Shown: piece after piece, positions 47,400-53,510 of the stretch
How the letters are laid out: each line of letters opens with the position of its first letter
How positions within the stretch are numbered: position 1 is the first letter of the stretch
Source of the DNA: Clostridia bacterium
GTDB taxonomy: Bacteria > Bacillota > Dehalobacteriia > UBA7702
NCBI GenBank assembly: GCA_051866595.1
Contig: JBJDXI010000069.1
Location: forward strand, 1 to 53,510
Reading direction: 5' to 3'
Length of the DNA: 53,510 bases
The notes under the pieces: model-generated
Databases searched by the model: none
Told to the model about the DNA's origin: nothing
Seen by the model: the letters and a program-made list of their open reading frames with translations, nothing else
Program-made: the position numbers and the translations under genes

Positions 47400-48263
47400 T
47401 TATTTCGAGGGGGTTTCCGTCACAAAAAGGATTCCCAGGGTTTTCGGCCCGCAGTGGCAGGAAATCGTGCAGCTGGCCGTAGAACGGTAAACGTGTTCAA
47501 AGGGAAGGACATCCAGAATGGCGCGCTCCACCTGATCCCGGAAGGAATCCTCCAGACCGCCGGAATCGGTAATGAAAATTTTATCGGTGCGGATATCGTC
47601 ATACTGGGCAAGTTTTTCTTTCACGTATTTCAGCACAACTTTTTCAAAGGCGCCGCGGTATTTTTTTCCCACGGTCATACTGCCGTCGTTGTTGTTCACC
47701 TCAATCCCCGGGCGGATATTCAGCAAGCTGGCGGAAAAGGCCGCCACCGAGGAACAGCGTCCGCCGGCGTGGAGAAATTCCAGTGTATCCACGACAAAAC
47801 TGCCGTGATAACAGCCGTGATGTTCATCAAAATAGGCCTTGATTTCCGCCGCCGTTTTTCCTGCTTTAATCATTTCACCGGCGTCCAACACCTGGAGTCC
47901 CACACCGCTGGAGAGATTGCGGCCGTCAATCACATGGACGTGTCCCAGCTCCATAGCGGCGTTTACACAGTTCTGATGGGAGCTGGAAAGGGCGCTGCCC
48001 AGATTGAAATGAACCACTTCATGTCCCTGTTCCACAAAGGGACGGAAATAATCCAGATATTCACCGGTATTGATGGCGGAGGTTTTCGGCAGCAGATGTT
48101 TATCATAATACACCTGATAAATATCTTCCGGAACAATGTCCACACCGTCCATATATTCCTGATTGTCCAGTAAAACGTGGAAAGGGATGGTACGGACATC
48201 ATATTTTTCACGCAGGGCATCATTTAAATCGCAGGTTCGGTCTGCGCTGAGGATTACGGCCAT
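47400..48263 (-). CDS. DegV family fatty-acid-binding protein
   Basis: PKTS, LSSS, LHAGGR and HCGP. Confidence 0.9.
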   Translation of the reverse strand: MAVILSADRTCDLNDALREKYDVRTIPFHVLLDNQEYMDGVDIVPEDIYQVYYDKHLLPKTSAINTGEYLDYFRPFVEQGHEVVHFNLGSALSSSHQNCVNAAMELGHVHVIDGRNLSSGVGLQVLDAGEMIKAGKTAAEIKAYFDEHHGCYHGSFVVDTLEFLHAGGRCSSVAAFSASLLNIRPGIEVNNNDGSMTVGKKYRGAFEKVVLKYVKEKLAQYDDIRTDKIFITDSGGLEDSFRDQVERAILDVLPFEHVYRSTASCTISCHCGPKTLGILFVTETPSK

Positions 48264-48392
48264 ATAAAAAAACCTCGCTTTACAAAATATACTTTCCCTG
48301 TATTTTATTGTAAAAGTATATCACAAGAATCTTAAAAATAAAAGAAAAGATTGCAAAACACAAAAAAGATATTTCAGAAAACACTCTGTATA

Positions 48393-49463
48393 TCAGGGAT
48401 GACAGCGTCCGCAGGGTTCATATCCCTGAGAAAGAGCATCCTCCCGGGAAGCGAAATAAACGGCGTTCTGCTCCTCGGGGAGAGAGGAGCAATCGGGCCG
48501 GTGAAATTTCTTGCTGTTGATATTGCCGATGTAGGCGTCTTCCGCCTCCACCGCCGGCTGTTCATCGGTGCGGTTCGGTTCCGCCACGGGCATGGCCGAT
48601 TCAGAGCTGTTGGAAAATTCAATATACCGACCGTCACTGCGGCAAATAATGGTGCCCAGCTCATCGGTGCGGTAGACCGCGGCCCCGACGTCCCGCAGAC
48701 GACTCAGAACCTCTTCGGTGGGATGGCCATATTTATTGCCTTCGCCGACGCTGATCACCGCGTAATCCGGCATCACTTCCCGGAGGAACACGTAATTCGT
48801 GGAATCGGCGCCGCCGTGATGGGCCACCTTCAGCACATCGGCGGAAAGATCCGCCCCCGCTTCCACCAGCTCTTTTTCTTCCCCGGCCATCGCGTCGCCG
48901 GTAAAGAGGTATGAAGTTTCCCCGTAATCAATCCGCAGAACAATGGAATTTTCATTAGGATCCTTATCGAGAGAAACCGGCCCCAAAAACGTCACGGTAC
49001 TGTCTCCCAGCTCAAAGCGATCCCCGGGAGAAGGATCGGTAAAGGAAAGGGATTTTGAGGCGGCCGTATCGCAGAACCGCTGATAGATTTTTGTTTCCGC
49101 CGGGTTGCCGTCCACATAGAGCGTTTCCACGTCAAAGGCTTCCAGCACATCGGGAAGGCCACCGAGGTGGTCTTCATCGGAATGGGTGGAAACCACCGCA
49201 TCCAGTTCCATAATACCCAGAGACCGGAGATACGATACGACATCATCACCGTCACCCACATTACCACCGTCAATAAGCATAGATTCACCGTCACAGCGCA
49301 CCAGGGCGGAATCCGCCTGTCCCACATCGAAAAAGTATATTTCAAAAGCCGCGTTTTCCAGCGTCTTTCCGGAAGAAGATGACGCCGTTTCAGTTGACGT
49401 TCCGCATCCGGCGGTCAGAAGCAAAACAGTGATCCACAAAAGAGCAATCCAGCGTTTTTTCAT
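48393..49463 (-). CDS. ComEC-like metallo-beta-lactamase-fold lipoprotein with C-terminal Ada-like Zn domain
   Basis: Lipobox TAGC; DVGQAD, THSDEDHLGG, LFTGD, HHG and KFHRPDC...PCGRC. Confidence 0.88.
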   Translation of the reverse strand: MKKRWIALLWITVLLLTAGCGTSTETASSSSGKTLENAAFEIYFFDVGQADSALVRCDGESMLIDGGNVGDGDDVVSYLRSLGIMELDAVVSTHSDEDHLGGLPDVLEAFDVETLYVDGNPAETKIYQRFCDTAASKSLSFTDPSPGDRFELGDSTVTFLGPVSLDKDPNENSIVLRIDYGETSYLFTGDAMAGEEKELVEAGADLSADVLKVAHHGGADSTNYVFLREVMPDYAVISVGEGNKYGHPTEEVLSRLRDVGAAVYRTDELGTIICRSDGRYIEFSNSSESAMPVAEPNRTDEQPAVEAEDAYIGNINSKKFHRPDCSSLPEEQNAVYFASREDALSQGYEPCGRCHP

Positions 49464-49679
49464 TTTTTCACCCGCGTTTCTTTTTTCCTCATTATACCAC
49501 AAACTCCGCAAAAAAGATTCTCTCCGCGGAAATAAAAAAAACCGTCAGAACAAAAAAATACCGCCCAAGGCGGTACAGCAATGGAAGTATTGTTGTTATT
49601 TTACAACTTTCTTTTTTGTTTTCGCCTATATTATACACAATCTGTTGAAATAAGTAAATCGATATTTTATAATGTAAAA

Positions 49680-49694
49680 ATAAGAAAAACTTAT
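49680..49694. promoter_or_regulatory. Putative LysR box
   Basis: ATAAG-N5-CTTAT palindrome (T-N11-A) immediately upstream of the LysR gene. Confidence 0.5.
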
Positions 49695-49711
49695 GACTTA
49701 CGGAGATTTTT

Positions 49712-50635
49712 ATGAACCGCTACATCGCTTTCTGCCACATCATCGAAACCGGCAGTTTCAGCCGAGCCGCCGAGGAAATGGGTTATTCCCAATCGGCGGT
49801 GAGCCAGATGATCCGCTCCCTGGAAAACGAAATGGATATGAAACTCCTCATCCGCTCCCACGGCAGTATCGAGCTGACCCACGAGGGGCAGGAGCTGCTG
49901 CCGCTGATCCGCGCCGTCGTCAATGACTACCGGGTTCTGGAAGAAAAGTCCAAGGAGCTCCGGGGCGTCAATTCCGGCGAAGTCCGCATCGGCACCATGA
50001 ACAGTGTTTCCAGCTTCTGGCTGCCCAAAATGATTAAAAAATTTCAGGAGATCTATCCCGAAGTCCGTTTCACCCTGATGCAGGGAGAATACACCTCCAT
50101 TGCCCAATGGGTCAAAAACGGCGAAGCGGATTTCGGCTTCGCCAACAGCGACGCCGTCACCGGCCTCACCATCGTCCCCCTCTATACCGATGAGATGATG
50201 GCGGTTCTGCCGGAGAACCACCCCCTCTGCAACCGGGCCGCGGTTCCTCTGGCGGAGCTGTCGGAAGATCCCTATATCCGGTTGGAGGAGGGCAGCTTCA
50301 ACGAGCCGATGAACGCCTTTCACTCTCTGGGACTGGAGCCCAACACACGGCTCAGCGTCTACGATGACTACACCGTTTTAGCCATGATCGAAGAGGGCCT
50401 CGGATACAGCATCATTCCCGAGATGAATCTCCTGCGCCACGATTACAAAGTCGTAAAGCGATCGTTGGAACCGAAAATCACCCGCAACCTCTGTCTGATC
50501 TACCGTAATCTCAACGCCGTTCCCAAAATGAGCCGGCGATTCATTGATTTTATCTCCAAATACTTCTTTCACCTGCAAAATGACACCACAGAAACATCCG
50601 ATACCACCAAAGGAAAACATCGTCATGAAATCTGA
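49712..50635 (+). CDS. LysR-family regulator
   Basis: GSFSRAAEEMGYSQSAVSQMIRSLE. Confidence 0.95.
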   Translation: MNRYIAFCHIIETGSFSRAAEEMGYSQSAVSQMIRSLENEMDMKLLIRSHGSIELTHEGQELLPLIRAVVNDYRVLEEKSKELRGVNSGEVRIGTMNSVSSFWLPKMIKKFQEIYPEVRFTLMQGEYTSIAQWVKNGEADFGFANSDAVTGLTIVPLYTDEMMAVLPENHPLCNRAAVPLAELSEDPYIRLEEGSFNEPMNAFHSLGLEPNTRLSVYDDYTVLAMIEEGLGYSIIPEMNLLRHDYKVVKRSLEPKITRNLCLIYRNLNAVPKMSRRFIDFISKYFFHLQNDTTETSDTTKGKHRHEI

Positions 50636-51374
50636 AATCCGCAAAAGCTTCACTGCCGCCTTTCCCAAAACCATTCCCATCATCCCGGGCTATGTCTTTA
50701 TGGGCATCGCTTTCGGCATCCTCTTTGTCAATCTGGGCTACGCCTGGTACTGGCCGATGCTGATGGGCCTCATCATCTACGCCGGCATGGCTCAGTTTGT
50801 CTCCGTCAATATGCTGGTTCCCGGGGTGAGTCTTCTCAATACCTTTCTTTTTCAGTTCGCCCTCAATGCCCGCCATATCTTCTACGGCCTCTCCATGCTG
50901 GAAAAATTCAAATCCATGGGGAAACTCCGTCCCTATATGGTTTTTGCCCTCACCGATGAAACCTATTCCCTGCTCTGCTCGGTCAATCCCCCGGAGGGCG
51001 TGTCCCCAAAGCATTACCTTTTTTTCATCGCTTTTCTCGATCAGTGCTACTGGGTTCTCGGCTGTTTCCTCGGGGGCATCGCCGGTTCCTTCATCACTTT
51101 CAACACCACCGGCATCGACTTTTCCATGACGGCGCTGTTCATCACCATCGTCATCGACCAGTGGAAAGAGGTCAAAGAGCACATTCCGGTATTCTGCGGC
51201 TTCAGCGCCTCCCTGCTCTGTCTCTTCCTTTTGGGCGCCGACCGCTTTATCATTCCGGCACTCCTCTGCATCACCGCCTGTCTCCTGCTCTTCCGCCGCC
51301 GTATCGAAAAGACGACAGTGCCGGCAACCGCAAATGAAAATGAAACCGGGGAGGGAAACAACGATGTTAAATAA
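50625..51374 (+). CDS. azlC: AzlC-family branched-chain amino acid exporter
   Basis: YAGMAQF, NARHIFY and LTDETY. Confidence 0.9.
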   Translation: MKSEIRKSFTAAFPKTIPIIPGYVFMGIAFGILFVNLGYAWYWPMLMGLIIYAGMAQFVSVNMLVPGVSLLNTFLFQFALNARHIFYGLSMLEKFKSMGKLRPYMVFALTDETYSLLCSVNPPEGVSPKHYLFFIAFLDQCYWVLGCFLGGIAGSFITFNTTGIDFSMTALFITIVIDQWKEVKEHIPVFCGFSASLLCLFLLGADRFIIPALLCITACLLLFRRRIEKTTVPATANENETGEGNNDVK

Positions 51375-51693
51375 TACCGAACTGCTCTTCTATATTCTCG
51401 TCATCGCCGCCGCGGTTCTTGCCACAAGGGCCTGCCCTTTTCTCCTTTTTCCCGCGGGAAAGGAAACGCCCAGAGTCATCCTCTATCTGGGGAATACCCT
51501 GCCCTGCGCCCTCATGGCGCTGCTGGTGGTCTACTGCCTCAAAAGCGTGTCTATTCTGGCCTACCCCCACGGTATTCCCGAGGTTCTCGCCATCGCCGCC
51601 GTGGTTCTGCTCCACCTCTGGAAAAAGAACACCCTTCTCAGCATCGGCGTGGGCACCGTTCTTTATATGTTTCTGATTCAGGGCGTATTTTAA
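51364..51693 (+). CDS. azlD: AzlD-family protein
   Basis: TRACPF, LP...LVVYC and LSI..GT; follows azlC. Confidence 0.88.
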   Translation: MLNNTELLFYILVIAAAVLATRACPFLLFPAGKETPRVILYLGNTLPCALMALLVVYCLKSVSILAYPHGIPEVLAIAAVVLLHLWKKNTLLSIGVGTVLYMFLIQGVF

Positions 51694-51756
51694 TCCCGCT
51701 CATTTCATGTTATAATAGGAATATCAAAGGCATACAGTAAAAGGAGTGATTCTGTT

Positions 51757-52068
51757 ATGTTAACAATGACCTGTGACGTCGTCCCCGGCAAAGCCTATAC
51801 CATTCTCGGTACGGTGATGGGTTCTTACGTCAATTCCAAAAATATCGGCCACGACATCGGCGCCAGCCTGAAAACGATTGTCGGCGGCGAACTGAAAAGC
51901 TACACCAAAATGATGGATGAAGCCAGAGCCCACGCCTTCGGCAAAATGGAAGAACAGGCCGCCGCCATGGGCGCCGACGCCGTCATCGCCGTAAAGATCT
52001 GCTCCAGCGCCATTATTCAGGGAGCCTCGGAAATCCTCGTTTACGGCACCGCCATCAAATGGAGTTAA
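51757..52068 (+). CDS. YbjQ/UPF0145 family protein
   Basis: IVGGELKSY, GADAV and YGTA. Confidence 0.9.
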   Translation: MLTMTCDVVPGKAYTILGTVMGSYVNSKNIGHDIGASLKTIVGGELKSYTKMMDEARAHAFGKMEEQAAAMGADAVIAVKICSSAIIQGASEILVYGTAIKWS

Positions 52069-52087
52069 GGAAGGAAGCGTTTCCAAA

Positions 52088-52717
52088 ATGAAAGTCTTAA
52101 TGATCAACGGCAGCAGCCACAAAGCCGGCTGCACCTTTACAGCTTTGTCCGAAGCCGCCAAAGCCTTGAACGAACAGGGTATCGAAACGGAAATCATCCA
52201 GACCGGCACCGCGCCGATCCGGGATTGCACCGCTTGCGGCGCCTGCCGCAAAAACGGCGGCAAATGCGCCTTTGGTGATGAGGACATGGTCAATGAAATC
52301 ATCGAAAAAGCCAAAGACGCCGATGGCTTCATCTTCGGCACACCGGTCTACTACGCCCATCCCAGCGGCCGCATCCTCTCCCTGCTGGACCGTTTGTTCT
52401 ACGCCGGCGGCGCCAACTTCGCCTATAAACCCGGAGCCGCCGTGGCGTCCGCCCGCCGCTCGGGCACAACAGCCTCCTTCGACGTGCTGAACAAATACTT
52501 CACCATCAGCAAAATGCCTGTGGTTTCCTCTCTCTATTGGAACAACATCCACGGCAACCGCGCCGAAGAAGCGCTCCAGGACGAAGAAGGTTTACAGACC
52601 ATGAACCTTTTGGGTCAGAACATGGCATGGCTCCTGAAATGCATCGAAGCCGGGAAAAAAGCGGGCATCGATCATCCCGTTCCCGAAGCCAAAATCAAAA
52701 CCAACTTCATCCGCTGA
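52088..52717 (+). CDS. Flavodoxin-like / iron-sulfur flavoprotein
   Basis: INGS, CTACGAC...C and GTPVYY. Confidence 0.9.
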   Translation: MKVLMINGSSHKAGCTFTALSEAAKALNEQGIETEIIQTGTAPIRDCTACGACRKNGGKCAFGDEDMVNEIIEKAKDADGFIFGTPVYYAHPSGRILSLLDRLFYAGGANFAYKPGAAVASARRSGTTASFDVLNKYFTISKMPVVSSLYWNNIHGNRAEEALQDEEGLQTMNLLGQNMAWLLKCIEAGKKAGIDHPVPEAKIKTNFIR

Positions 52718-52735
52718 AGAATCATCGGCAAGAAT

Positions 52736-52776
52736 AAAAAATCCGTCAGCAGTCGCTCCGCTGACGGATTTTTTTC
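52736..52776. terminator. Bidirectional terminator
   Basis: AAAAAATCCGTCAGC...GCTGACGGATTTTTTT. Confidence 0.85.
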
Positions 52777-52784
52777 GTGTTCTT

Positions 52785-53351
52785 TCATATAAGAAGAGAG
52801 GTCATCAGTTTTACGCTTTCCAGTACCTCTTCTTCGGAGAAGGTCTCTTTCCTTGTCAGCCAGAGCCGCAGGATGCGGATATAGCCGCCGACGCAGAAGG
52901 AAGCGTAAAACTCCGCGGAAATCGGCAGTTCCTTGCCGTTTTTCACCTCATTTTTCAGCCGCTCGGTGAGATCACCCTCGATCTGCTCTTCCAGAGCGTC
53001 GATGAGCGTCATGGGGAAATTACTGCCCAGAACACGGCGGACCATCGTCTCGTTCTCATTGAGGAAACTGATCATATGGTGAGCCATCCGCAGAAACATC
53101 TCAGCGACGGTCTCACCCTCCCGGGGGAGATTGGCCTTATAAAATTCATCCCGTATCTGACGGATATAGAAGGCGAGATATTCATATTTATCGGAAAAGT
53201 GCTTATAGAAGGTGGTGCGCCGGATCATGGCACGGTCGCACAGTTCCTTGACCGTGATATCTTCAAAGCTCTTTTCCTCCAGCAGTTCGGAAAAGGCCTG
53301 CGCCAACAGACGATAGGTTTTGGTCACTCTGAGATCTTTTTGTTCTTTCAT
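52785..53351 (-). CDS. TetR/AcrR regulator
   Basis: ITVKELCDRAMIRRTTFYKHFSDKY. Confidence 0.93.
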   Translation of the reverse strand: MKEQKDLRVTKTYRLLAQAFSELLEEKSFEDITVKELCDRAMIRRTTFYKHFSDKYEYLAFYIRQIRDEFYKANLPREGETVAEMFLRMAHHMISFLNENETMVRRVLGSNFPMTLIDALEEQIEGDLTERLKNEVKNGKELPISAEFYASFCVGGYIRILRLWLTRKETFSEEEVLESVKLMTSLLI

Positions 53352-53510
53352 GAAAAATCCTCCCTTTTCGGAGACATTTTATCAAATTTGTCAATTAAGA
53401 AACAACCGACACGGTTTTGATTCTTGCCAAATTCTTCTGTTTGTTATATCATAACGCAGAAAAGAGACATTTGTCAATTATCTTTCTTTTGTTTATTATC
53501 TTTTAAAAGG

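Noticed and set aside
46224-48173. 649-aa plus-strand ORF
   Set aside because: Antisense to the ADH and DegV genes, no motifs; the frame stays open across the intergenic gap by chance.
53371-53479. GAGACATTT/TGTCAATT repeats upstream of tetR
   Set aside because: Plausible TetR operators, but ordinary, and the divergent target lies outside the window.

Overview
53.5 kb of a Bacillota (Clostridia-like, ~50-55% GC by eye) chromosome with about 45 CDS and no rRNA, tRNA, CRISPR or recognisable transposase. The centre (about 14.0-33.3 kb) is a cobalamin-linked cell-surface locus. It holds three cobalamin riboswitches, three large SLH-anchored proteins (alpha-barrel, beta-propeller and DUF4430-like domains), two adjacent lipoproteins resembling the two halves of transcobalamin, and a MoxR-DUF58-transglutaminase triad whose catalytic Cys is replaced by Ser. 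Its non-coding DNA is unusually rich. One riboswitch has no downstream gene and appears to control a CU-rich anti-Shine-Dalgarno sRNA. Two others have 550-800 nt structured leaders, one with a twice-repeated RNA module and one with a boxA-like site and an antisense promoter. The left flank has an SPFH gene missing from the ORF track, an SLH adhesin, a membrane LuxR regulator, a HAD hydrolase, sbcDC, an XRE-GpsA fusion, a NiCo riboswitch with a CDF exporter, and DUF4317. The right flank is ordinary housekeeping and stress genes, including a GyrI-like gene with an in-frame TAG. All calls were made by eye from motifs; no searches were run.
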